A DNA stretch of 64,000 nt from NCBI RefSeq assembly GCF_009914755.1, contig NC_060925.1. One strand, written 5' to 3'. Below the pieces are notes generated by a model. The model did not search any database, was not told where the DNA came from, and saw nothing but the letters and a program-made list of their open reading frames with translations. Positions within the stretch are counted from its first letter, which is position 1; every line of letters begins with the position of its first letter. The translations under genes were made by a program, and so were the position numbers. This document shows positions 16,488 to 30,315 of the stretch, piece after piece. The DNA comes from the human T2T-CHM13v2.0 reference genome, Homo sapiens.

Positions 16488-16857
16488 TGTATTAGTCTGT
16501 TTTCACACTACTATCAGGAACTATCTGAGACTGACTAATTTATGAAAAAAAGAGGTTTAATTGACTCACAGTTCCTGAAGCTTAACAGGAAGCATGACTG
16601 GGAGGCCTCAGGAAACTTACAATCATGGTGGAAGGTGAAGGGGAAGCAAGCACATCTTACCATGGCAAAGCAAAAGAGAGAGAGAGTGATGGAGGAAGTG
16701 ACACACACTTTTAAACTATCAGATCTCATGAGAACTTACTCAGGATCATGAGGACAACAAGGGGGAAATCCACCCCTGTGATCCAATCACCTCCCACCAG
16801 GCTCTGCCTCCAATTCAACATGAGATTTAGGTGGAGACACAAATCCAAACCATATCA
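16488..16857 (-). mobile_element. THE1 (THE1D-like) MaLR solo LTR inside the L1
   Basis: TG...CA termini (tgtattagtc...ccatatca), 370 bp, perfect 5-bp TSD atatc at 16483-16487 and 16858-16862. Confidence 0.93.
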
Positions 16858-19800
16858 ATATCTCTGTTGAGATTTGGGGATTTTTCAGCTATAATTTTAT
16901 TATATAGGTTTTCTATGCCTTTTTCCATCTTTCTTCCTTCTAGAAGTCCATAATACTAATAAATAGTTGTTCACTTAGTGGTATCGCATAAGTCTTGTGG
17001 GCTTTCTTCACTACTATTCTTTCTTATTTCCTTTTTTTTTCTGATTGAGTAATTTCAAATGACCCATCTTCAAGTTCAAAGATTCATTCTTCTGCTTAAC
17101 CAAGTCAGCTGCTGAAAATCTCTATTATATTTTTTATTTCATTCACTGAATTCTTCAGCTGCACAATTTCTGTTTGGTTCTTTTAATATCTATCTCCTTG
17201 CTACATTTCTTGTTCATACTATGAATTGTTTTCTTGATTTTGTTAAATTGTCTATCTGTATTTTCTTATATCTTCTTGAGTTGCCTTAAGATTATTATCC
17301 TTAATTCCTTTTCCAGCAATTCATAGTTTCCTTTTCATTGGATCTGTAACTAGACAGTTATTATATATTTTTGGTGGTATTGTATTTCCTTGCTTTTTCA
17401 TGTTTCCTGTAGCCCTGTGTTGATGTTGATGTCTGTGCATCTGGTGGAGCAATAACTTCTTCCACACTTTCTACAGCAGCTTTTGTAGAGAATGACTTTC
17501 ACTTGCAGTTAGGTTTTAGGTTGCTGGTTGGGAAAGGTGTAGTGACTGTTTTTCCAGGTAGACAGAACGGTGTTCTTAAGCTATATTCAACATTAACAAT
17601 AACTATGCATGCTTCAGTGGTCTAGGCTATAGAAGTCTGTGGCAGTGGTGCTGGTAGCATAGGTGATTAAGTTTCTCAGTGGTAAGGGCTTTGGGGGGGT
17701 CCTTCTGTTCCCATTTCCCCCCAGTGGAAAGTCTTATCTTAGGGTATGCCAATTGTCTGGTCTGACATGACCTACAAGCAGCTGCAGCAGTGCTGGGTTC
17801 CAGGTGCAGGCACTAGGAACATCTTTGGGGCCCGTGTCAAGACTCAGAGTCTGTGAACCTATGGTAGCACCTGGACTTTGGGATTCAAGTTTGCTCTCTG
17901 TGGCAGAGATGAATGTAGGTTGCCCACAGAGCCAGGATCTGTGACTCTAAGGCACTGCCTAGAAGCTCAGTCCCTGGAAGCTGGATTGTAACTGTGATTT
18001 TACCCCGGGAGACTGGGAACAGTACTGGGCCAACTCTAGGGAAGAAAGTGTGCTCTGGAGGTTTGGGCCTGGGGAGTAGGGTATGGCTGCAGTTGAGGAA
18101 CCTGAGAACCTGAGCCAATAAGTCTCAGTGGCAGTGTGGGTCACAGGGGATGAAGTGCTACATAATGGTGATTCTAGAGCCTGAAATAGTGAAGCTCAGC
18201 TGTATCCTAGACTCTGTTAGTCCAGGTGCAGCAGCAGCAAGTACCCCAGAATGGCTGGACACAGCTGTCTTTTGGGCCCTGGGAGACAGGGAGCACCACA
18301 GCAATGACTCCACTCCCTAGAAAGAAGGGTATCTCAGCAGTTCAGACTCTGGGAAGCGGGTCCAGCTCCAGGGAAGTAGAGTACTAGAGTTATTTGGCCT
18401 TTAGGGTGTGATGTCTTAGCTCAGCCAGGGCTCTGTTTCCCAGGGATGTGAGGTACTGCATCAGCTCAGCCCTAGGATGCATAGCTGTTCAGTTCGGCCA
18501 AGAAAGGCAACATTTTCTCAGGGAACAATGTGCCTTCTTCAACTCAGGCCCAGGAGCGTCGCTGTTCTGAACAGCTCAGGTACTATTTCCTTAGGAGGCA
18601 GGATGCGACTTCAGCTTAGGTACTAGGATTTGTGGCCACTCTGGGCAGCCAAGGCATAGCTTCCTCGTGTCAGGGCAGTGTTTCAGCTTTGGCACCAGGA
18701 AGGTGGTGGCCAACATACTTGCTCTGGGTGGCCATAGTATTGTTTCTCCAGGAGGCAGTACCACTTCAGCTCAGGCACAGAGGGATGAGACTGTTCTGGG
18801 ATGCCTGGTGCTGCTTCATACCCAGGCAGCAAACTCAGCTGCCTGGAGTTCACACAGGCAGGGGACCCCAGTGTTGAAGACTACAGTTGTCCAAGGTGCT
18901 GCTTGGGGCAACCGGGATCCTCTTGCTTACCTGTTCCCTGTAGGGAGAAGTTCCTCCTGGTTCCCAGCTGCGGGAAGATGTGGTGGAGGCCAGGTACTTC
19001 CTTCTGTTCTCTATGTGGCCATGCTGAGTTTCTGTGCTCTCCAGGGTCTCTGTAGCTTCTTTCATGTATGCCAGCACTGTCCTTTAGTTATTGTATTAAA
19101 ATATAGTTTATTTGTTGTTTTGGCTGTCTTTGTTGTGGAGATGAGTGCTAGGAGCTTCTAGTTGACCATCTTGCTCTGTCCTCCTCATTTGGCATGTTTA
19201 TGAGAGTGCTTGATTTCCAAGAAATTTTTTTCAGCCAGTGAACCTCAGGAAATGTCTTAGTTGTCCCTGAAGTCACTAAGCAGCATCTTTTCCAGATGCC
19301 TGTTCGAACTCACTGTGCATTAGGGGGTTATCTGTTATGAGGACTAAAACCCACATAAGTGTGTCCCATTTTTAACTTTTAACTTCAAAATCAAATAAGC
19401 CCAAATGTATATATTCTGTTTATATACCTAGAAACATCCTCTCCTTAAAGATAATAACTTGTTCAGCCATAGAGAAGAAAATAATGAGAATAAAGATTTC
19501 CCTCTAAAGGATTAAAATTAGTAATTGTTTGTTTGTTTGTTTGTTTGTTTTGCAATTCCAAGAGATGTAAACTAAATGGACATAAATTGGTAAGGAAAGA
19601 TTTAGCAGATGGCATACTTCCTTTTAAAACAGGTAGCCAAATTAGTCTGTCTTCCTTCTTTCTCAAATACCACTAAAATCTAGCCTCTTTACTTGACTAA
19701 ATGAGAAGATCACTATCTCCCTATACTGTGGGGTCCTGATAGGATCCTTGCTGTTTTTCTTAGCCTAGTGCTCTTACAGACAAACAGACAGCACCATGGC

Positions 19801-20399
19801 TGGGAAATTGAGGTCAGGAGGGAATATGCCACTCTGCCTGCCAGGCTCCCTAGTATGTTATTTCACCTGCTGGGTACAGAAACTTCTCTCCAGAGTTCAA
19901 CAGAGAAAGTGCTTCCGTGATTAATCACATACAAGTTCCTGCACCCAGGGTCACTGGGTGATGATTCTTTGATGCACACCAAGAGAATCCACCATATAAA
20001 GGTGATGCTACTGCTGCCATCAACCCTCTCGGTATACATTATTCTAACCTATAGGTTCTAACCATAGCCAGCTTGTTTTAATAAGATTTCAGAAAGAGAA
20101 TCAACTCAAAACTGCTACAACTACTGTGAAAAACAAAACAAAACAAAAATTCCTCCTGAACTTCCTACCCTCCTCTGAAACAAAATAACTCAGGTTTCTC
20201 TTAAGTTGACCTTGTTTTTCCTATTGTCTTCCATTTTCTTAGTATTATATTTTGTCCTATTTTCTATTTGAAAAGACCTTGAAACTGCACTGTCCACAGA
20301 GCATTCTTGTTCTCACAGCTTCCAACATGCCATGCATGTGCACCAGTCTTTATTCAAGCTCCCACCATCACCCCCAAAGAGCCCCTCAGAAGCCAGAGA

Positions 20400-20700
20400 G
20401 TTTTGTTGATTAATAAGGCAAACATCGACTGTGCAGCTATCTCATTTCATGCTGAACACCATGCTAGGTGCCAGAGATAAAAGAATAAGCAAACTACATA
20501 TAATTCTTACATTCATGGAGCTTTCAGTATAGTGGAGAAGACACTCACTTTGCAAACAACCTTTTATTAAAATATGTAATAAAAACTGTGACAAGTGTAG
20601 AACGGAAAGGTTCACTCAGTTGAGAGAAGGCCTAACCAACAGGTCTTTATCTACTCAGACAAATCTTGGAAGATGTCCTTGATGAGATGACCTTGGTAAC
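20400..20700 (-). mobile_element. L2 fragment
   Basis: atgctaggtgccagagataaaag...ttcatggagctttcagtatagtggagaagaca resembles the antisense L2 3' region; boundaries approximate. Confidence 0.5.
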
Positions 20701-20709
20701 AACAATTAA

Positions 20710-21104
<395 letters not shown>

Positions 21105-21315
21105 TAACACTTTTTCTTTAATGAGTGTACCTCTAGGATGGCATATCAAAAGTGGTGTTATAATCAAATAATTCAATAAGTAGGTAATCTTGGAAAAATG
21201 GGTTTAAAATTTAGAGATGCCAAAATGCACATTTACATACATTCTGCAGTGTATATGTTTCTATATTTGTACATTTATCTACCACTCTTCCTAGGATGAC
21301 AGAGAGAGATGGTAG

Positions 21316-21633
<318 letters not shown>

Positions 21634-21699
21634 GTCTTTGATTTTTATCAGAAGATCTGATTACAGTTTCTTACTTGGTAGTTAAATATTAGTTCACTC

Positions 21700-22115
21700 T
21701 ACAGCATGGTGAAGCTGTAACACCGGAATCAGATATACAGCATACCAACCCCCTTGCCGCCATCTACTAGCTGTATGATCTTAGGCAAGGTAATCAACTT
21801 TGAAGCCCCGGTTATCTTTACTTTAAAAGGAAAATAATGGTTTGTATCGTAGAAAGTTCCTGTGAAAATTAAATGAGAATATTTTACAGTAAGCCTTTGT
21901 ATAGCGTTTAGTATGTCCCAGATACTGTTCCAAGAACTTCCAAATATTTAATCAATTTATCTTCATAATAAATCTATGAAGGTTTTTTAATGAGCTTTTA
22001 ATCACATTTTATATATGAGGACATGGAGGCATAAGGATGCTATTGGGCCAAGGCAAACAATTAGTAAGAGGCAAAGCTCAGCTTCAAACCCAGAACTTAA
22101 GCTCTCAGCCACTTC
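21700..22115. mobile_element. Two adjacent MIR fragments in opposite orientation (+ ~21700-21895, - ~21900-22115)
   Basis: ctactagctgtatgatcttaggcaagg...ctgtgaaaattaaatgag (+), then ttttatatatgaggacatggaggc...ttagtaagaggcaaagctcagcttcaaacccag (-). Confidence 0.6.
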
Positions 22116-22923
22116 ACTCAGAAACTTTGAATAAGTATAAAGCAATGAATAAAATGCTTGATAGGTTGTAAGCATTTTAAAATCTTAATTACTTTCAATA
22201 TAGTTAACTTTTTAATCCATATTCAGGTGAATAGTCATTTCAAATTTCCTCAGACTAATACATTTCTCCAGGTGGAGATTTAGATCTCTTCTTCCTTTTC
22301 CTTCATTTCTTACTCTTCCTCTTCCATCAAAATCATCATTTCTGTCTCTCATGTGCATTCTTATAAATTCCACCTAAAAGATATGTAGCATCTCCTTATC
22401 TTTAATTACAATAGAAGAGTACACAAATCAAGATGATTATTAATATTTATAGATTTGTATAATATCTGAATTGACTATAAATATGGCTTTTAGCAAAAAT
22501 TCTAAAAGCTATGTTGACATTCTAGAATAATTTTTCAGTTATTCCTCAAGAGTGTTGAGGTTCTAATACATAAATTCATCTTTCATTGTCTTCTCCACTT
22601 GGAAGCTATTATGTTGGCTTATGGAACAGAGTACATATACTGCCCTGAATTTTATGACGGTGCTGTAATAGGCCTTTTTAGGTATATGCAAGTGTAGCAT
22701 GAGGAATGCCCACTCTGAGGAGCAGCATGCTTTCTTTCACTTTCTCAGGGAAAGTCAATTTTACTGAGATACTATCCCTTATTCAACATCACACACAAAA
22801 AATGGGAAGAATGAAGTCTTTTTTGGCACTGGCAATGATTCCGTATTAATTTAGAATTGGATGTACTGCCACATATTCAGAGAACTGAATACCCCAAATG
22901 TGATATTGGAAAATACTATTTCA

Positions 22924-23237
<314 letters not shown>

Positions 23238-26200
23238 TCAAAACAATAATAGGGATTATTTTCATAAGGCCTCTTATTTTCCAACAAGTTTAAAATCAGT
23301 TGAACAGTCTCCACACCTCCCCCAAAAAAGTCATTATGCAATCATAAATATGACATGTAAAGGAATTGTTTTTATACATAATGCCTATATATTCTTTAAA
23401 AGGAATATTTCATTTCCTTTTAAAATCCAATAAAGTGTTATCTCCTCATAAAAAGTTATATAATTTTAGTCCTCTTGAAAAAGATTATAATTAATCTGAG
23501 GTTTCAGGCACATACTTAATCTATTAGTAGAAAGATTTCCCATCTTTACTGTAATTATCTTGAAAAAGTTTGAGAAGAGACTTTGAAAAATCTTTAAGCA
23601 TACATTAAAGTATTTTGAATATTGCTCTCTTTACTGAGATCAGAACAAGAGGAGGTACACTCTTAGCTGCAGTATGAAAGATTTAGGCTAAAAAGAGAAA
23701 TGGCCTCCAGTAAAGTTTTTACATCATGAAATTTTTTTTTATCAGTGCAAATCACAGACCCTCTGTGTTAAGGGCTTCACAATAGAATTTTCACCTTTCA
23801 AATACAATTTAGGTTTAACACTGCTTTGAGATAAGGCGTGAACTGAGTGACATCTTAGTTTCGTTTGATCCTTCACCTTGAAGGACAGACTACACGGGAC
23901 CATAATGGCACAAATCTTGAGTGAAGAAGTGAAACCAATTTTGCTAAAACATCTGAAATATACTCTTCCTAAATAGTAACATCTGGTGGTACAGAACGTC
24001 CCAAGGAGTCTTTGTTCCCAGGAGATTTCTCAACCCAGTTTTTTGCCACCCTAGAGGCTTAGGTAATACAGCTAGGGTCAGAGAAACGCAGCCATCCGTC
24101 CAGCCTCTGGGCTGTTCTTTAAATAAAATTGCTTCCCTAACTCTCTTCACTCTCAAGTTTTGAATACAATGCAGTTTCAACCATTGCTATTGATATTTTT
24201 CTGTTAATTAAAAATAACAAATGACATTGTTGTCTGAGAGGAGTTATCCTCTCAGTAGTAGATGCCACGAGAGCCTGAAAGTCACAGACTTTGGGGAAAG
24301 CACAACTCTGCTCCCCAATCAGCAACATCTGCGATATGAAAAGGGGACTCTGGAGGTTAAAACCAATTTGAGCTTGTCAGTCTCTAGGCAAATGCTGCAG
24401 AATCCTCAGGAACAGCTTGTGACGAGGGAGTGTTGAATGGAAATAAACTCAATCAGCCTTCTGGTTTGGATCATTGAGAATACTGGTGTTTTAATTTTTT
24501 TATTTATTTGTTATTGTTCTGTTTCATTTTGTTTTGAGTTACATTTGGGTTGAGCTCCTTATTCCTCGTCTGGTGTCTCTGGAAGAAATGTGTATTTCTG
24601 TGAGATATATTTCCTCCCGTCTCCAGAAATCTTCATGGAAGAGAAGTTCATTGCTACCATCTGTACTTGGTTTAGAAGAGCTTTGATTAATAAGGACCAC
24701 CCTATTGTTCATTTGTTTGACATGTGGAAATATTTGTAATCTGTTTCTGGCGAGAGAGATTTCAGCAAGGATCTGGTTTGACTTTCAAACCCCCATTGCC
24801 AATGAAAACCAGCCTCCTGGATCCGGAGGTCAGTGGGGGAACAAGCAAAGGTGTTTTATTCTCCCTTCACCCCCTCCCGCAAACACCAACACCTGTTACA
24901 AGTGAGGTTAAAAAGATCCTGTTGGAACTCTGAGACAGAGACCCAATTCCATCCTGAAAGAGGCTCTGATGTATGGTGTATAATGAAAGCTGGAGACTGC
25001 CCACTGTTACACATCATTATCATTCAGATCATGAAAGAAAATGAAATGGTTCAAGCAGATAACAGCTGTTTTTATTCTGCTTTTCAAGGATTCTCTTAAA
25101 CAATGATTCTCTTAAACCTGATCTCATGGCTTTTATTTAAGGGTGAACACCCAATTGTAAACATAGGAGAGAGGCATTCTCATGATGTCAGTAATAAAAG
25201 CATGTATAAAGCAGCATGTGTATTCTGGAAAGCTAACTAACCATTAAAGCCAAGAAACATAATCTGGCACAAATCTGATTATGTGTCCAAGAGGACTTGA
25301 TGGTATGCACATAAGAAAATGTAATGAAATAGGGGAAGGAGAAAAGAAGGGAGAGGGAGGAGCCAGAGGGTTGAAGGGGGGCTGTTTCATGTTTGTGACA
25401 TGTTAGCAAAATCAGAAAAAGGTAGAGTTGCCAAGATCATCTGAGAAAGGGGTTAGCACAGCAAGCAGAAATGTAAGCAATTTTGTTTGTTTGTTTCACT
25501 ATCTGTTGTATTACAGGCTCACCTCATTGCATTTTTATCTGTTAGTTATAGACAATGAGGTTGTTACACAAGACACACACAGGAAAAAGGAAGAGGCCCT
25601 GTCTTTCTTTAATCAGGAGTTCAGATCTCATTTGTTACGATGTACATCTATTGTGTTTGTAATTGCTGTGATCATTATCATAAGCATTAGGGATAGCTTG
25701 CTTGAGGAATTCAGGACCACACATTGCTCATCAATGTGATGGAGTAAACCTTATACAAGCTAATCTAATAGATATTTGTTGTAATTTTTCATTTTGTGAA
25801 ATTACAGCAAAAACATAAGCAATCTCTCCTAGATGCACTGTAACACGGAATGCTCATTTTTTTTAAATTTCTTCCTATTTCTTCTCATAGTAGGTAGCAT
25901 CCTTTATTAAATGGGTCATTGTATTAATTAAAGTAAATATAAACCATTCCTCACTGTACTTGATAAAAGTTTTTGTGTCTGAGGAAAATACTTGTGTGTA
26001 TATGCATATAAAGTTTACACCTAACATTAGCGTACAAACCACATTAATTAAGATGAGTTCAACAAGCAGTTTAAAACTGGGAATCTGCTGTTCGCGTGCC
26101 TAGACTTGTACTTAGAAAAAATAGAAGGCATAAAAATGTCAGCTCCATAGATTTGCTGCTGAAAGACCCTTGTTCACTCGTGCATAAAATATAACTGCCC

Positions 26201-28929
26201 CCAAGGGTGTGCACGTTTACAAACGCAAATTAATCTTTACCTGCCCAATGCACAAACTATAATGGATTTCAGAACTGAACAATGTAAACTAAATATGAGA
26301 TCATTTTTGATATCTCTGCTAAAGAAAACCATAATGCATGGTTTGGGATCCTAAATTATAGCTGGATTTTCTGCTCTTAAGCGTTCATTAGTTTACATGG
26401 GAGGGGCCAAAGAAATAAAGCAGCAACAGTTTGTACCAATGTATGACTTTCTATTTCTTTGGATCAAATAGGAAGAGATGTGTGGACTTAAACTGTTTTC
26501 AAATGTTCTCTCCAGTTCTGTTAGAAGCAATGTTCAGACTCAACTGCCAAAATTTTTCTTCAGTGTGAAAAATGCTGATTCCATAGGCTTGTGTTAAAAT
26601 ATAGCACACACACACCTAATAATCTAATGTCTTATCTATTGTTAGGTATGACTGTGTTAGCTTTCCATGTTGTGAATTATCTGGATTACAAACCCCTGTT
26701 CTTTTTCTTTCCTTCTCAGTATCTGTGTAGTGATAATTTTCCTGCTCACTGGTGCATCCGCTACTAAAATATAAGCAAAAATAAAAGGAGAATATAAAGG
26801 AGACACCTCCTACCTCTGGAAGGAACACAAAAAACACACATTTGTACCAGTTAGCAGCCCTAAATATCTGTTGAATAAATGGTTTTAAACAGTTCACTGA
26901 AATACATATTTTGAATCTGCAAATATGTCCTGGAACACAGAAGCTGTGTGGGTTAGGCAGCTACAGTATAGCTCTAAAATTCAGAGGATACCTTCTATTT
27001 TTGGCACAGAAGATAGTCACATGGCTATGAAACATGAATTTGGATGCCAAATGAATAACAAGCTTGGAGGCTGAGCTCCCAGTGACTTCAAACATCTGTG
27101 AAGTGAAAATATTCCTGTACCAAGGTGTGCTACTGTATTGAAAACAATTACTGTTACTGATCATTTTCTTGCTTTAAATAAAGTACATCTCTTCTCATGG
27201 GAGCAGGTGTAAGGGTGACTTTGTGAATCTCCATTAGTCAAATCACAAATGGACACCCTCCCCTATTCTTGTAAATCCATGCAAACAAAATTACAACTTT
27301 TTAACATCTCAAAAGAAGAAGTGTGCAATTTGTTAGCAAGAAAGGATAAATTTCACCTTCCCACTTCTGCAGGATTCATAGTAATCCAAAATCAAGAGAG
27401 CACAGACACTTTGAAAATCTGCCCTTTTAGCCCCTGCCTTTGGTATATTAATGACTACAAGATGTTGGATGCATATTTGAGCAGTAAGAAGAACCTGCTT
27501 CCCAAAGGGAAAAAGAAACTGGGAACAGACCCAGAGAAACAATAAGTTAGTGGACAGGTCTAAGAAACTCTGAATATCAGCACGTTCCAAAGCTTAGTAA
27601 CAAAGCTTAGACTGTCACGTGATCTTTACATGAAAGTCAGCCCAAACCCTTTCTATTATTATGACATCTAGAGCATGACTTATTTTTCATAAACAGATAT
27701 TTTTCTTACATTGGGATTTATTATACGATGCTTCAATTAGCATTCTGCCATTCTTTTTTGTCATAGTCATACAATGATTTGCTATCTACCTTTAAAAAGT
27801 AAAGAGTTAACAGAGAAGGGAAATTTGTATTAGGTCCTGCATTGAATTTAGGTTCTTCTTTAAAGGATGCAGTAGAACAAAAATGTCCTTCTTTCAAAAT
27901 GCTTATTTTGGATTTGAAGAGCATTCTCACCCAGGTACCATTCTTTCCTTCTTTTACTTTTCTTCCAATTGTCTTACCTTTCCTCCACACATCCGTGATG
28001 CAGATTAGCACTGGCCTCCAAGCCCCAGGCATCAAAGGAATTAGGTCAGACCAGAAGAAATCAGGTTGCAGGCAAGAAAAGAATTTTAATAACATAGAAG
28101 CTATGCCAGCCTGGAGCTCCTGTACTCCTTCAGGCAGACTGACAAGCCCTGGCCTTAGCTGTAACAGTATTAGGTAATTGATATGTGGGAGAAAAGCAGA
28201 GATGTTTGAGAGAACAAAGATTTGTATAGTATTAGCACATGATATGTTGAATTTATTTAAAGCCAATCTGTACATAGAGCTCTGATGGGTTCGGTGCTCA
28301 GCCCTAAAACAATTGCAATTAAAAATAATTCCAGGAAAAGAGAAAAGCTCTAGTGCAATATCTGTTTGCTATAAATTATGAGTTTTTAAAAGTCACTTTG
28401 TATGTGTATTCCATCTGAGATTAGTGGTCTTTTAAAGCGTATATTAAGTGTACACAGAAAATTAATTTTATGTTAGCATGTTTAATGCTTACTCACTCAA
28501 ACAGCATATTATCTTCCTGTATTTTAAGGACAAAAAATAGAAAGAGATTGTATCGGAAAATGTCTATACTTAGTTCCTTCTCCAGATGACCATTTTAGTT
28601 GCCACTATTACTGGCTCCAAAATGATTGGAGGAGTAATTCAAATTCAACCTATCACATTATCCAAGGGCATTCTATGAATAGCTGCAACCCAGAGCAAGT
28701 TCTGGCAAAGATGCAAAGGCAGCGTATGAAAGTCAGCAATAACATTCAGGAGTGTTTTCCAGAGTTGGCGAATGCAGATGAGAATATTTATATGTCATCT
28801 CTCAAACTATAGAAAGTATTTTGGGAAAGATATTTTTCACAAGCCTTAGATTAGCCATTATAACAATTTAAAGGAGGTTTTTTCTTTATTGGATGATGAA
28901 ACAAACCTTTGGGTGATGCCAGTCACATT

Positions 28930-29095
28930 CACACATCATCCCATTTAATCCTTCCAGCAGCCCCATGAGGGAGATATTGGTGTCGTTAGCATCTGCATTT
29001 GTGATGAGAAACTGAGGCACAGGCATTAAGCAACTTGCTAATGACCTCAAAGTTAGAAGGTAGCAAAGACAGAATTTGAACTCAGGAATCTGAGT
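28930..29095 (-). mobile_element. MIR SINE
   Basis: catttaatccttccagcagccccatgagg...gatgagaaactgaggcacagg...agaatttgaactcagg. Confidence 0.7.
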
Positions 29096-29149
29096 GAATT
29101 TCTAGAGGTTTTCCTCACTACTGGAAATAGTTTTAAAGTTTTAAGAAAG

Positions 29150-29504
<355 letters not shown>

Positions 29505-29639
29505 TTAGACATCTCTTCAAAAAGGATCATCAGTAAGATCATTTTAACCAAGGGAAAAATACTATCCTACTTAATATGTATTGAGAAATTATTTCTACCA
29601 AATATACATAAGTTTTTCATGCATAAATTCACATAATAC

Positions 29640-29810
29640 TCACTATAAGATATACAGTTACTATCCCCGGTTGAAGAAAGGGAAACTGATGCAGAGAAAA
29701 GTTGAGTAATTTCCCTTAGGTTAACAGGTAGACAGAATAAGAGCCAGGATTCAAGCCCAGGAAATCTGGTTCCAAAGGCAGTGCATGTAACCACCAAGCT
29801 TTATTGCCTC
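29640..29810 (-). mobile_element. MIR SINE
   Basis: ggaaactgatgcagagaaaagttgagtaatttccc...agagccaggattcaagcccagg. Confidence 0.7.
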
Positions 29811-29919
29811 CACAAGTCATTATTAATTGAATCATTATATCATGTTATGTTTTAAGGAGTGGAGTTTTGTTAAATGATTTTGTGAATATAAATGAATACC
29901 AATAATTAAGGACACACTG

Positions 29920-30315
29920 CATATACCATGCTTTTTGTCTAGAATTATCTTTCCTCTTCACCATCTTCTCTTACAGTTCAACTTTAATGTTAGCTTCCCC
30001 AGATCCACCTCTCTAACTTAGAAGCCTTTCTATCTTCATAGTGTAGTGCTATCATGTCATGTATCACATAGTGTAGTAATGATATATTTAACTTTCTCTC
30101 CACTTGGACTCTAAGCTCGCTGGGGGAAGAGACTCCATCTTCTATGTCTTTCTATCACTAGTAATATTACTTGTTATGTAGCAGCCACCTAAAACACGTT
30201 GGATTTACAAGAGGATGAAAGAAGAAAATAATTGATAAATACTTGGTTGCAATAGATGGATAATTGGGTGAAGGATGTATAGATTTATTGATGGATGAAT
30301 ACATGGATGGATGGA
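29920..30315 (+). mobile_element. L2 3' fragment
   Basis: tctctccacttggactctaagctcgctgggggaagagac... ending in a (TGGA/TGAA)-like tail; boundaries approximate. Confidence 0.55.

Noticed and set aside
25089-25117. Direct repeat gattctcttaaac with 16-bp period, and similar short duplications near 2946-2973
   Set aside because: Ordinary slippage duplications of two units; not an array
27733-28275. 180-aa minus-strand ORF and overlapping 111-aa plus-strand ORF
   Set aside because: No recognisable domain or exon signals; the length is compatible with chance in 64 kb. A BLASTP hit would change this
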